Shown: positions 1-15,000 of the stretch, piece after piece
Numbering within the stretch: position 1 is the stretch's first letter
Layout of the letters: the number at the start of each line of letters is the position of its first letter
DNA from: the human T2T-CHM13v2.0 reference genome, Homo sapiens
Reading direction: 5' to 3' (one strand)
DNA: 64,000 nucleotides
NCBI RefSeq assembly: GCF_009914755.1
Contig: NC_060933.1
Translations under genes and position numbers: made by a program
The notes under the pieces: model-generated
The model's database searches: none
Told to the model about the DNA's origin: nothing
Seen by the model: only the letters and a program-made list of their open reading frames with translations

Positions 1-3000
1 TGGAATGGAGTCGAGTTTAATGCAATGTAGTGGAGAGGAACAGAATGGAGTGTTCTGTAGCGGAAGGAAGTGGAACGGAGTGGAGTGAAGAGAAGTGAAA
101 TGGAATGGATTGGAGGGGAACATACAGAGTGGAATGGAATGAAATGCCCTGAAGTGGAGTGGAATGGAGTGGAGTGAAGTGGAGTTGAGTGAAGTGGAAT
201 GGGGTGGAATGGAATGTAGTGGAGTGGAGTGGAATGGAATGTAGTGGAGTGGAGTGGAATGGAATGGAATGGAAAGGAATGGAATGGAATGGAAAGGAAT
301 AAAGTGGTTTGGGAAGGAATGGATTAGAGTAAAATAGAATGGACTGCATTGGAGTGGAGTGGAATGGATGGCACTGAAGGGGAATGAAATTGTGGAGTGG
401 AAAGTAGCGGAATGGAAGGGGGTGGAGAGGAATGGAATATACTGGAAAGGAATGGAATGGAGAGGAATGGAGTACAGTGGAGTGCAGTGGAGTGGAGTGG
501 AATGGAATGGAATGGGGTGGAGAGGAATGGAATATACTGGAAAGGAATGGAATGGAGAGGAATGGAGTACAGTGGAGTGCAGTGGAGTGGAGTGGAATGG
601 AATGGAATGCAGTGGAATGGAGTGGAGTGGAATGGAATGGAGTGGCGTGGAAAGGATGGCAATGGAGTGGAGTGGAGCGGAATTGATGGGAGTGGAGTGG
701 AATGAAATGGACTTATTTGAAAGGAGTGGAATGGAATGGAGTGTAGTGGAAAGGATGGCAGTGGAGTGTAGTGGAGTGGAATTGAATGGAGGGGAGTGGA
801 ATTAAATGGACTTATTGGAATGGAGTGGCATGGAATGGAGTGGAGTGGAATGGAATGGAATGGAGTGGAGTAAATTGGAGAGGATTGGAGTGGAGTGGAA
901 TGGAATGGATTGCAGTGGAGGGGAGTGGAATGGAAAGGAGTGTACTGGAATGGAGTGGTGTGGAGTGGAAGGGACTGGAATGGAATGGAGTGGAGTGGAG
1001 AAGAGTGGAGTGGAGTGGGCTGGAATGGAATGGAGTGGAGTGGAGTGGAATAGAAAGGAGTGGAGTTGAATGGAGTGGAGTGGAGTGGAATGGAATGCAG
1101 TGGAGTGGAATGGAGTGGAATGGAATGAAGTGGAGTGGAATGGAATGAAGTGGAGTGGAATAAAATGGAGTGCAATGTAATGGAAGGATTTGAAGGGAGT
1201 GGAATGGAGTGGAGTGGAATGGAGAGGTTTAGAACGGAGTGGAGAGGAGTGGAGTGGAATTGAGTGGTGTTGAGAGGAAAGAAGTGGACTGTAGTGGAAT
1301 AGAAGGAATGGAATACAGTGGAGTGCAGTGGAATTTAGTGGATTGGAATTTAATGGAATGAAGTGGAGTACAGTGGAGTGGAGGGGAGGGGAGTGGAATG
1401 GAATGGAATGCAGTGCATTGGAATGAAGTGGAGTGGAATGGAAGGGATTGGAGTGGAATGGAGTGGAGTGGAGGGCAATGGACTGGAACAGAGTGGAGTG
1501 AAGTGGAGTAGAGTATAGTGGAGGGGAATGGAGTGCAGTGGAGTGAAGTGGAGAGGAATGGAATAGGGTGAATTGGAATGGAATGGAGTAGAATGGAGAA
1601 GAGTTGTGGGGAATGGAATGGAGAGCATTGGAATGGAATGGAATGCAATGGAATGGAGTGGAGTGGAATGGAATGTAGTGGAATGGAATGGAGGAGAAAG
1701 GAATGGAATGGAGTGGAATGGAATGGAATTGAATAGAGTGGAATGGAGTGGAATGGAGTGGACTGGAGTGGAATGGAGTGGAGTGGAGTACAGTGGAATG
1801 GCATGGAGCGGTAGGGAATAGATTGTAATGGAATGGATTGGAGTGGAGTGGAATGGAATGGTATGGAATGGAATGGAGTGGAGTGGAGTGGAGTGGAGAG
1901 AAGTCGAATGCAATGTAGTGGAGTGGAGTGTACAGGAGGGGAGTGGAGTGGAATGGAATGGAATGGAATGGAATGGAATGGAATGGAGTGCAGTGGAATG
2001 TACTGGAATGGAGTGGAAAGGAATTTAATCGAATAGAGTGGAATGGAATGGAATTGAATGGGGAGGAATGGAATGCAGAGGAGTGGAATTCAATTGAGTG
2101 GAGGGGAATGGAATGGAATGGAATGGAATGGAATGGAATGGAATGGAATGGAATGGAATGGAGTGCAGTGGAATGTACTGGAATGGAATGGAATGGAATT
2201 GAATGGAATAGAGTGGAATGGAAGGGAATTGAATGGAGTGGAATGGAATGCAGAGGAGTGGAATGCAACAGAGTGGAAAGGGATAGAGTGGAATAGATTG
2301 CAGTGGAGTGGAGTGGAGTGAAGTGGAGTGGAGTGGAGTTCAATGTAGGTGAGTGGAGTTGAGTGGAGTGGAGCGAAGTGGAATGGAGTGGAATGCAGTT
2401 TAGTGCAGTGGAATGGAGTGGAATGGAATGGAGTGGACTGGAATGGAGTGGAGTTGAGTAGAGTGGAATGGAGTGCAGTTGAATGGAATGGAATTGAATG
2501 GAGTTGAGTGGAATGGAGTGGAGTGCAGTGCAATGGTGAGAAATGGAATGGAGCTGAAAAGAATGGAATGGAGGGAATTGAAATAGAGTGGAATGGAATG
2601 TGATGGAATGGAGTGGAATGGAGTGCAATGGAATGGAGTGGAAAGGAACGGAATGGAGAGGATTGCAATGGAATGAAACGGAATGGAGGGGAGTGGAATG
2701 GAATGGAACGGATTGGAATGGATTTTAATGGAGTGGAGTGGAATGGAGTGGGGTGGAGTGGAAAGGAGTGCAATGGAATGGAATGGAGTGGAAAGGAAAG
2801 GAGAGTAATGGAATGGAGTGGAGAGTTGAGCAATGATATGGAATGGAGTGGAGAGGAATGGAATTAAATGGAATGGAGAGGAGAGGAATGTAATGTAGTG
2901 GAGTCGATTGGAATGGAAAGGAAAGGAAAGGACTGGAATGCAAAGTAATGGAGTAGAATGGAATGGAAAGGAATGCAATATCAAGGAATGGATTGGAATG

Positions 3001-6000
3001 GAGTGGAGCACAGTGAAATAGAGTAGACAGGAATGGCATGGAGTGGAATTGAATAGAAAGGAGTGGATAGGTAAGGAATGGAGTGATGTGGAATGGAGAG
3101 GAGTGGAATAGAATGGGTGGAGTGGAGTGGATTGGAGTGTAATGGAATGGAGTGGAGTGGAATGGAATGGAATGGAATGGAAGGGAATGATTTTGAGAGG
3201 AATGGAGTGGAGAGGATTGGAATTGAGTGGAGTGGGATGGAATGGAGTGGAATAGAATGGAATGGAATGGAATGCAATGGCAAGGAATGGAATGGAAAGG
3301 AGTGGAAGGCAGTGGAGTAAAGTGGACTGCAATGGCATGGAGTTTAACGGTGGGGAAAGCAGTGGAATGAAACGGAATGGAGTGGAAAGGAATGGAAGGG
3401 ATTTGAGTGGAGTGGAATGTAGTCGAGTGGAGTGGTGAGGTGTGGAATGGAATGGAGTGGAGTGGAGAGGAGTGGAATGGAATGGAATAGAATGGAGGGA
3501 GTTGAAATGTAATGGAGTGGAGTGGAATGGAATGCAATGAAGTGGAGGGCAATGGAGAAGAGTGGAGGTAAATGGAGTGGAGTGCAATGCGGTGGAAGAG
3601 AATGCATTGGAATGGAATGGAAGGAAATGGAAAGGAATGGAAGGGAGTGGTGTGGAATAGAATGGAGTGGATTACAATGGAGTGGACTGCAGTGGAGAGG
3701 AGAGGAATGGAATGGAGTGTAGTGGAAGGAAGTGGAGTGGAGTGGAATGAAGTGGAATGGAATGTAGTGGAGTAGAATGGAGTGGAGTGTAGTGGAATGG
3801 AATGGAGTTGAGTGGAGTGGAGTGGAGTGGATAGGATAGGAATGGCATGCAGTGGAGGGGATTGGAGTGGAATGGAATGGATTGGAGAGGAGTGGAATTG
3901 AATGGACTGGAATGGAATGTTGTGTAGTGGAGTGGTGTGGAGCGGTGCGTAACAGACTGGAGTGGATGGGAGTGGAATGGAATTGAGTATAGTGGAATGG
4001 AGTGGAGTGGAATGGAGTGGAATGGAATGGAGTGGAGTGGAGTAGAATGGAATCGAATCGAGGTAAGTGGAATGGAGAGGAGTGTTAGGGAATGGAATGG
4101 AATGGAGTGGATTGGAATGGAATTGAGTGGAATGGAGTGGACTGGAATGCAATGGAGTGGAGAGGAATGGGATGGAAAGGAGTGGAGTGGAATGGAACTG
4201 AATGAAGTGGAATGGAGAAGAGTAGAGTGGAATGGAATGGAGTGCGGTGGAATGGAGAGGAATGGAATGGAGTGGAGTGGAATGGAATGGAACGGAAGGG
4301 AACAGTATTGACTGCAATGGAATGGAATGGATTGGAATGGAGTATAGTGGAATGAAATGGAGTGGAATAGAATGGAATGGAGTATAATGGAAAGGAATGG
4401 AATGGGGTGGATTGGCATGGAGTGTAGTGGAATTGAATGGAGTGGAGTGAAACATAGTGGACTGGAGTGGAATGGAGAGAATGGAATGCAATGGAATGGA
4501 ATGGAAAGGAATGGAATGGAATGGAATGCAATGGCAAGTAATGGAATGGAACGGAGTGGAGAGCAGTGGAGTAGAGTGGACTGGAATGGAAGGCAGTGGA
4601 ATGGAGGGAAAAGCAGTGGAATGGGATGGAATGGAGTGGATTGGAATGGAACTCAGGGGAGTCGAGTGGAATGGAGTGGAGAGGAGTGATGTGGAATGGA
4701 ATGGAGTGGAGTGGAGTGGAGGGGAATTTAGTAGATTGGAATGCAGTGGAGTGGAATGGAATTGGGTGAAAGGGAATGGAGTGGAGTGGAAATGAGTGGC
4801 GTGCAGTGGAATGGAATGGAGTGGAGAGGAATGGACTGGAGTGGAGTGGAATGGAATATAATGGAATGCAGTAGAGAGGAATGGAGTGGAATGGAATGAA
4901 GTGGAGTAGAATAAAATGGAGTGGAGTGGAATGGAATGGAATGGAGTGAAATAGAAAGGAGTGGAACAGAATGGAGTGGAATGGAGAGGAGTTGAACGGA
5001 GCAGCAGGGAGAGGAATGGACATGCACTGATTGGAAAGAAGTGGAGTGGAGTGGAATGGAGTGGAATGTAATGGAGAGGAGTTGAATGGAATGAAGTGGA
5101 GTGGAATGGAATGGTGGAGAGGAGTAGAGTGGAGTGGAAGGGAATGGAGAGAAATGGAAAGGAATGAATGCACTGGAGTGAAGTGGATTGGAATGGAATG
5201 GAGTGGAGTGGAATGGAGTGATGTGGAGAGGAATGGACTGGAATGGAGTGGAGTGGAGTGGAGAAAGGGGAGTGGAGTAGAGTGGAATTGAGTGGGGAGA
5301 AGTGGAGTGCAGTGAAATGGAATGGAGTGGAGTGGAATGGAGTGCATTGGAGTGGAATGGAACGCAGGGCTTTGGAGTGGAATGGAATGGAGTTGAATGG
5401 AGTGAAGTGGAATGGAATGGAATGGAATGCAGTGGAATGGAATGGAATGTAATGCAATGGAATGGAGTGGAATGGAGTGCAAAGGATTGGAATGGAGTGG
5501 AGTTGTATGAAATGGAGTGGAGAAGAATGGAATGGAGTGGAATGGAATACAATGGAATGGAGAGGAGTGGCATGAAATGCAATGGATTTGAATGGAGTGG
5601 AGTGCAAACGAGTGGAGTGGAGTGGAATGGAGAGAGTTGAATGGCATGGAATGGAATGGAATGCAATATCAAGGAATGGAAAAGAATGGAGTGGAGTGCA
5701 GTAGAGTAGAATGGACTGGAATGGAATGGAGGTGAATGGAGAGTAAAGTAGTGAAATGGAATGGAATGGAATGGAGGGTAGTGGAAGGGAATGGAAAAGA
5801 GTGTAATGGAATGGAAAGCAAAAATGGAAAGCAGTGGAAATGAGTGACATGTACTGGAATGTAGTAGAATTGAATGGAATGCACAGAAGTGGAGTGGCAT
5901 GGAGTGAAGTGGAATGGAGAGAAGTGGAGTGGAATGGGGTGGAATGGAATGCAGTATACTGCAATGGAATGGAAAGCAATGGAATGGATTGGAGTGGAAT

Positions 6001-9000
6001 GGAATGGGGTGGAGTATAAGTGAGTGGACTGGAGTGGAGTGGATGGGAATGGAATTAAGTGGAGTCCAATGGAGTGGAGAGGAATGGAATGGAATGGACT
6101 GAAGTAAAATGAAGTGGACTGGAGGGGGTTGGAGTGGAGTAGAATGGAAAAGAAGGCAGTAGAGCAGAGTGGAATGGTAAGGAGTAGAATGGAATGTAGT
6201 TAATGGAATGGAATGAAATGAAATGGAATGGAATGAAATGAAATGGAATGGAGTGGAATGGAATGGAGTGGAATGGAATGGAATGGATTGGAGTGTATTT
6301 GATTGGATTGGAGAGTAATTAAATGCCAAGGAGTGGAACGGAATGCAGTGGAGTAGAATGCAGTTGACTGGAGTGGAGTGGAATGGATTGGAGTGGAGTG
6401 GATCAGAAAGCATTGGAGTGGAATGGAGTGGAGTGGAGTAGAGTGGACTGGAGTGGATTGGAATGGAATGGAATGGAGTGGAGTGGAGTGGAATCGAAAG
6501 GATTGGAGTGGAATTGATTGGAGTGGAGTGGAGTCGAATGGAGTGGAAAGAAGTGGATAGGAGTGTAGTTGAGTGGAATGGAATGGAGTGGATTGGAGTG
6601 GAGTGGAATGGAATGGACTGGAGTGGGATGTACTGCAAGGCAATGGAGTGGACTGGAATGGAATGGAGGGGGTGGAGGAGAGTGGAGTGAGTGGAGTGGG
6701 TGGAGTGGTGTGGAGTGGAATGGAGTGGAATGGAGTGAAGAGAAGTGGAATGGAAAGGAGTGGAGTGGAATGGAATTGAGTAGATTGGAATGGAATGGAC
6801 TGAGTAGAATAGAATGGAGTGGAGTGGAGTGGATAGGAATGGAATGCAGTGCAGTGGATTAGAGTGTAGTGGAGTGGAGTGGAATAGAATGGAATCGAGT
6901 GGAGTGTAGTGGAAACGATTGGAGTGGAGTGGAATTGAGTGGAGTAGATTGGAATAGAGTGGAATAGAGTGGAATGGAAAGGATTGGATCGGAATGGAAT
7001 GTAGTGCAGTAGAGTGGAGTGGAAAGGACTGGAGTGGAGAAGAAGGGAATGGAATGGAATGGAGTAGACCGGAATGGAATGAAGTGGAGTGGAGTAGAGG
7101 GGAGTGGAGTGGAGTGGAATGGAGTGGAGTAGAGTGGAATGGAGTGGCGTGGAACGGAGTGGAGAGTATTGGAATGAAAAGGAGTGTTGTGAAATGGAGT
7201 GGAGTGGAGTGGAATAGAATGGAATGGAATGGAGTTGAGTGGAATGGAGTGGAATTGAGTGCAGTGGTGTGTAATTGAATGTAACGGGGTGCAGTGGAAT
7301 GGTGTGGAAAGGATTGGAGTGGAGTGGAATGGTGTAGAGCGGAATGGAATGGAGAGTAATGGAATGCATTGGAGAATAGAATGGAGTGTATTGGAAGGGA
7401 ATGAAATGGAATGGAGTGCAATGGAATGGAATGGAGTATAATGGAATGGAGTGGAGTGGAGTTGAGTGGAGTGGAGTGAAGAGGAATGGAATGGAGTGGA
7501 ATGGAGAGGAGTTGAATGGAATGGAGTGGAGTGGAATGGAATGGAATGGAATGGAATGGGATGGGATGGAATGGAGTGGAATGGATTGGAGTGGATTGGA
7601 ATGGGGTGGAGTGGAGTGTGGTGGAGTGGAGTGGAGTGAAGTGGAATGGAATGGAGTGGAAATCAATTGAGTGGAATAGAATGGATTGGAATGGAATGGA
7701 GTGGAATGGAATGGAAAGGAATAGAATGAAATGGTGTGGATTGGAGTGGAATGCAGTGCAATGCAATGCATGGACCGGAGTGGAATGCAGTGGAGTGGAG
7801 TGGAATATAGTGGAATGGAATGGAGTGGAGTGTAATGGAGTGGAATGGAGTGTAAGGGATTGGAATGGAATAAAGTGTAATGGAATGGAATGGAGGGGAA
7901 TGTAATTGAATGATGTGGAATGGAATAGAGTGGAATGGAATGGAGTAGAATGGATTGGAGTGGAGTGGAGTGGAATGAAGTGGAGTAGAGTTGAGTACAA
8001 CGGAGTTGAGAACAGATGAGTGGAGTGGAGTGAAATGGAATGTAGTTGAGTGGAATGGAATGGAGTGGACTGGATTGGAGTGGAGTGGAATGGAACGGAG
8101 TGTGGTGGAATGATGTGGAGTGGAGTGGAATGGAGTGGAGTGGAATGGAATGGAATGGAATAGAATGGAGTGGAGTGGAGTGGAATGGAATGGAATGGAT
8201 AGGAACGGAATGTAGTGAAGTGGAATGGAGAGGAGTGAAGTGGAACGGAGTGGAGTGGAGTCGAATGGAGTGGAATGGAATGGAGTGGATTGGAATGGAA
8301 TGGAAAGCAAGGGAAAGGAATGGAACGATGTGGAATGGAGTGGAATGGTTATTAATGGAGTGGAATGGAATGCAAAGGAGTTCAATGGAATGGAATGCAA
8401 AGGAGTGGAGTGGAATTGAGATAAGTGGTATTGAGTGGAGCAGAGTGGCGCAGAGAGGGGTGGAGTGGAATGGAGAGAGTTGAATGGAACGGACTAGAAT
8501 GTAATGGAATGGAATGCAATGGCAAAAAATGGAATGGAATGGAGTGTAGGACAGTGGAGTAGAGTGGACTGGAATGGAATGGAGTTGAATGGAATGGAAA
8601 GTAGTAGAATGGAATAGAACGGAGTGGAGTGGAATTGAAGTGAGTGGAGTGGAGTACAATGGAGTGGAGTGGAGAGGAGTGGTGAGGAGTGGAGTGTAGT
8701 GGTCTGGAATGGAATTGAATTGAATGGACTAGAATGGAATAGAGTCGAATGGAGTGGAGTGGAGTGGATTGGAAAGGAATGGAGTGGAGTGGAATGCAAT
8801 GGAATGGAATGGAATGAAACGGTGAGTAGTGGGATGGACTGGAATGGAATGGAATGGAATGAAATGGAATGGAATGGAATGGAGTGGAGGAGAGTAGAAT
8901 GTAATGAACCAGAGTAGATTCGAATGGAGTGGAATGGAATGGAATGGAGTGGAACAGAATGGAGTGGAGTGGAATGTTGTGGAATGGAATGGAGTGGAAT

Positions 9001-12000
9001 GGAGTGGAGCGGTGTGAACTCGTACTGAATGGAATGGAAAGTAGTGGACTAGAATGGAGAGGAATTGACTCGAACAGAGTGGAGCGCAATAAAGTGGAAT
9101 GGAATGGATTGGAGTACACTGTAATGGAATAGAATGGAATGGATTGCAATGGAGTGGAATGGATTGGAATGGATTGGAATGAAATGGAATGGAATGGAGT
9201 GGAGGGGAGTGGAGTGGAGTGGAGTGAAATGGAATGGAATGGAGTGGAGTGGAGTGGAGTAGAATGTAATGGAGTGGAATGCAGTGGAATGGAATGGAGT
9301 GGAACGTAATGGAGTGGAGTTGGAATGAAATGAAATGGAATGGAATGGAGTGGAGGGGAGTGGAGTGGAGTGGAGTGAAATGGAATGGAGTGGAGTGGAG
9401 TGGAGTGGAGTAGAATGTAATGGAGTGGAATGCAGTGGAATGGAATGGAGTGGAACGTAATGGAGTGGAGTGGATTAGAATGGAGTCTAATGGAATGGGA
9501 TGGAATGGACTGGAGTGGAAGGGAATGCAATGGAATAGAATGGAATGGAGTGGAGCGGAATGCAATGGAGTAGAATGAACTGGAATGGAATGGAAGGAAT
9601 GGAATGGACTGGAGTGGAGTGGAAGAAAATGGCATGAAATGGAGCAGAGTGGTGAAAAATGGAGTGGTGTGGAGTGGAGTGGAGAAGAATGGAATGGAGT
9701 GGAATGGAGGGTAAAGAGTGGAGTGGAGTGGAATGGAATGGAGTGGAGTGGAATGGAAATGATTGTAATGTAATGGAATGGAAAGGAGTGGAGTTGAACG
9801 GAGTGGAGTGAAATGGAGTGGAGTTGAATTGAGGGAGTGGAATGGAATGGAAATGAATGGAGTGCAATGGAGTGGAGAAGAGTGGAAAGGAGCAGAGTGG
9901 ATAGGAATGAAGTGAACTGGAAGAGAGTGGAGTGGAGTGGAATGAAGTTGAACGGAATGAAAAGGAGTGGAGTGGAGTGGAAATGAGTGGAGGGCAGTGG
10001 AATGGAGGGGAGTTGAATGGAACGGAATGGAATGGAGTGGAGTGGAGTGGAATGGAATGGAATGGGATGTAATGGAATAGAGTGGTGTGGAGTGGTGTAG
10101 ATTGGAGTGGAACGGAGTGGAGTGGAGTGGAATGTATTGGAGTATAGTGGAATGGAGTGGAATTGAGAGGAATGGAATGGAATGGAATGCAATGGAAGGC
10201 AATGAAGTGGAACCTTATGGAAATGGAGTTGAATGGAATGGAGTGGAGTGGAATGGAATGCAGTGGAGTGGATTGGATTGGAGTGGAATGGAAGGGAACA
10301 GAGTGGATTGGAGTGGACTGCATTGGAGTGGAATGGAATGGAGTGGAATGGAATGGAGTGGAGTGGAATGGACTTGAAAAGAGTGGAGTGGAATTGAGGG
10401 GAATGGAGTGTAATAGAGTGGAATGGAATGGAGTGGATTCTAATGGAATGTAGTGGAGTAGATTGGAGTGGAAAGGACTGGAGTGGAGAGGAAGGGAATG
10501 GAACAGAATGTAGTGGAGCGGAATGGAATGGGGTGGAGTGGAGTAGAGGGGAGTGGAGTGGAATGCAGTGGAGTGGAGGAGAGTGGAGAGTATTGGAATG
10601 AAATGCAGTGGAGTGAAATAGAGTGCAGTGGAGTGGAATAGAATGGAATGGAAAGCAGTTGAGTGGAAAGGAGTGGAATTGAGTGTAGTGGAGTGGAATT
10701 GAATGTAATGGAGTGGAGTGGAGTGGAATCTAGTGGAATAGAATGAATGGAGTAGAAAGGATTGGATTTATGTGGAGTGGAGTGCAATGGAATGGATTGG
10801 AGTGAATTGAAATTTAGTGGACTGGAGTGGATTGTAGTGGAATGAAATGGAGTTGAGGGAAATGGAATGGAAAGGAGTTGTGTGCAATGGAGTGGAATGG
10901 AATGGAAAGGAATGCAATGAAATGGAATGAAATGGTTGGGAGTGGAGTGGAATAGAATTGAGTGGAGTGGAATTTAATGGAGAGTAGAGGAATGGAATAG
11001 AATGGAATGGAATGGAATGGAGAGGAATGTAATGCAACGGAATCAATTGGAATGGAGAGGAGTGCAGTGGAGTGGAATGGAGTGGATAAGAGTGTAATGG
11101 AATGGAATGTAAAGGAATGGAGTAGAATGGAGTGTACTGGAATGGAACGGAGTGGAGTTTTATGGAGTGGAGTTGAATGGAGTGGAGTGGAATGGAGTGG
11201 ACTGGAGAGGAATAGGGTGGAGTGGAATGGAATGGAATGGAGTGGAATGGAATGGAGTGCAGTGGAGTGGATTGGTGTGGAATGGAATTTAAAGGAACGC
11301 AACGGAATGGAATGGAGTGGAGTGGAGTGGAATGGAATGGGATGGAGTGGAATGGAATGGAATGGAGTTTAATGGAATGGAAGGGAACGGATTGGAAAGG
11401 AAAGGAGTGGAACGGAATGGATTGGAGTTGAGGGCAATTCAATGGAATGGAGTTGAATGGATTGCAAAGGAATGGAGTACAGTGGATTGGAGTAGAATGG
11501 AATGGAATGGATTTGGAGTAGAGTGGTGTAAAATGGAATGGAATGGAATGGAGTGGAACGGAGTGGAGTGGAGTGCAATGGAATGGAGTGGAGTGGAATA
11601 GAATGGAAAAGAAAGGAATGGAATACAAAGGCATGGAATGCAGTGGAGTGGAGTGGAGTGGAGTGGAATACAATGGAGTGGAATGGAGTGTAATGGAGTA
11701 TACAGGAATGGAATGGAATGGAATGGAATCAGGTGGGGTGAAATGGAGTGGAGAGGAATGGAGAGGAATACAGTGGAATGGAATGGAATCAAATGAATTG
11801 GAGTGGAGTGGAGTGGACTTGAGTGGGGTGGAGTGGAATGGAATGGAATGGAAAGCAATAAAATAGAAAGGAATGGAATGCAATGGAGTGTAGTGGAGAA
11901 TAGTGTACTGGCGTGGAGTATTATGGGTTTGAATCGAATGGAGAGAAGTGGAATGGAACGGAATGGAATGGAATGGAATGGAATGGAGTGGAATGGAGTC

Positions 12001-15000
12001 AAGAGAAATATAGTGCAGAGGAAATGAGTGGAGTAGAGTGGAGAGGAATGGAGTGGAGTTGACAGGAAAGGAAAGCAATGGAATGGAATTGAATGGAATG
12101 GCATGGAATAGACGGGAAAGGAATGGAGTGGAATGGAATGCACTGGAGAGGAATAAAATGGACTGGAGAGCAATGGAATGGAGTGGAATGGAATGGAGTG
12201 GCGTGGAGAGGAGTGGAGTCGAATGGAGTGGCCTGGAATGGAATGGAGTGAAATGGAGTGGATTGTAGAGGAGTGGTATTGAATGGAATGGAGGGGAGTG
12301 GAATGGAGTGGAATGGAATGGAATGGAGTGGAGTGGAATGGAATGGAGTGGAATGAAATGGTATGGAGTGGAGTGCAATGGAATTGAGCGGAGTCAAATG
12401 GAGTGGGCTGGATTGGAATGAAGTGGAGTGGAATGGATTGGAGTGGAGAGGAATGGAATTGAGTGGTTTGGAATGTAATGGAGAGGAGTGGAATAGAGTG
12501 GAGTGGAGTGGAGTGGAATGTAGTGAAATGAAATTAATGGAGTTGAATGAAATAGAATTGACTGGAGTGGTGTGGAATGGAATGGAGTAGGAGTGGAATG
12601 GAATGAAGTGGAGTGCGGTGGACTGGAGTGGAATGGAATGCAGTTGAGTGCAATGGAATGGAATGGATGGAGTGGAGTGGAATGGAATAGAGTGAAGTGA
12701 AATTTAATGGAGTGCAATGGAATGGAAAGGAAAGGATTTGAATGTAGAGGAATGTAATGTAATGGAATGAAATGGAATGGAGTGGAGTGCAGTGGAGTGG
12801 AATGGAGTGGAGTGGAGTGGAATGGAATGCAATGGAAAGGAATGGAGAAGAATGGGGTGGAGTGGAATGGAATGCAGTGGAGAGGTAGGGAGTGGAGATT
12901 AATGGAGTGGAGTGTCATGGAGCAGAGTGCAGAGGAATAGAGTGGAGTGGAATGGAATGGAATGGAGTCAAATGGAATGGAGTGGAGTCGAGTGGATTTG
13001 TGTGGAATGGAATGGAATGGAATGGAGTTGAGTGGAATGGAATGTATCAGAATGGATTGGAACGGAAAGGAGTGGAGTGGAATGGGAAGGAGTGGAGTGG
13101 AAGGGAATGGAATGGAGTGGAATGGATTGGAAAGCAATGGATTGTAGTGGAATGGAGTGTAACGGAATTAAACGGAGTGGAATGAGGTTGAAAAAATGGA
13201 ATGGAATGGAATGGAATGGAATGGAATGGAATGGAACGGAATGGAATGGAAAGCAATGGAATGAAATGGAGTGGAATGGAAAGGAATGGAGTGGAATGGA
13301 ATGGAGTAGAGTGGAATGGAAAGCAGTGGAGTGGAATGTAATGGAGTAGAGTGCAATGGAAATCAGTGGAGTGGAATGGAATGGACTGGTGTGGAATAGA
13401 ATCGAATGGAATGGAATTCAATGAAACGGAATGGAATGGAGTTTTATGGAGTGGAGTGGAATGGAATGGAATGCAACGGAGTGGAATGGAATGGAATGGA
13501 ATGCAACGGAGTGGAATGGAATGGAATGGAATGGAACGGAGTGAAATGGAAAGGAGTACAGTGGAATGGAATGGAATGGAATGGAACGGAGTGAAATGGA
13601 ATGGAGTGCAGTGGAATGGAATGAAGTCGAATGGAATGTAATGGAATGGATTAGATAGGAATGGAATGGAGTGGAGTGGAATTGATAGCAGTGGAGTGGA
13701 GTGGAAATGAATGCAGTCGATTTCAGTAGAGTAGAGTGGAGTGGACTGTAGTGAAATGGAGTGGAGTGGCGTGGAGTGGAATAGAATGAAGTGGAGTCGA
13801 ATGTAGTGGAGTAGAATGGAATGGAATTTATTGGAGTGGAATGGAATGGATGGAATGGAGTGGAGTGGAATGGAATGGGGTGGTACAGAATGGAATGGAA
13901 CGGAGTGGAAATGAATGGAATGGAGTGGAGTGGAATGGAATGGAGTGAAGTGGAATGGAAAGGAATGGGATGGAGTGGAGTGCAGTTCAGTGGAGTGGAA
14001 TGGGATTTAATGGATTGGAATGGAAAGGAGTGGAGTGGAATGGAGTGGAAAGGAATTGATTGGAATTGAGTGGATTGCAATGGAGTGGAGTGGAATGGAT
14101 TGGAGTGGAATGGAGTGGAGTGAAATGGAATGGAGTGGAGTGGAATGGAATGGAGTGGAATGGAATGGAGTGGAGTCGAGTGGATTGGTTTGGAATGGAA
14201 TGGAATGGAATGGAATGGAATAGAATGGAGTGTAGTGGAATGGAGTGGAATGGAATGGAATAGAATGGATTGGAACGGAAAGGAGTGGAATGGAATGGCA
14301 TGGAGTGGAGAGGATTGGAAAGGAATGGATAGTAGTGGAGTGGAGTGTAACGGATTTAAATGGAGTGGAGTGAAGTTGAAAAAAACGGAATGCAATGGAG
14401 TTGAATGCAATGGAATGCAATGCAGCGGAATCTAAAGGAGTGGAGTGGAATGTAAGGGAGTGGAGTGGAATGGAAAACACTGGAGTGGAATGGATTGGAC
14501 TGGAGTGGAATGGAATCGAATGGAATGGAGTTGAAAGAAACGGAATGGAATGGAGTTGTATGGAGTGGAGTGGAATGGAATGGATTTGTATGGAGTGGAG
14601 TGGAATGGAATGGAATGCAACGGAGTGGAATGGGATGGAATGGAACTAAGTGAAATGGAATGGAGTGCAGTGGAATGGTATGAACTTGAATGGAATGTAA
14701 TGGAATAGATTTGGAAACGAATGGATTAGATTGGAATGGAATGGAATAGAGAGGAGTGGAATTGATTGCAGTGGAGTGGAGTGGAGTATAACGGAATGGA
14801 GTTGATTTCAGTAGAGTGGATTGGAGTGGACTTTAGTGCAATGGAGTGGAGTGTCGTGGAGTGGAATGGAATGCAGTGCAGTCGAATGGACTGGAGTGGA
14901 ATGGAATGGAATTGATTGGAACGGAATGGAATGGATGGAATGGAGTGGAGTGGAATGCAATGGTGTGGTACAGATTGGAATGGAATGGAGTGGAATTGAA

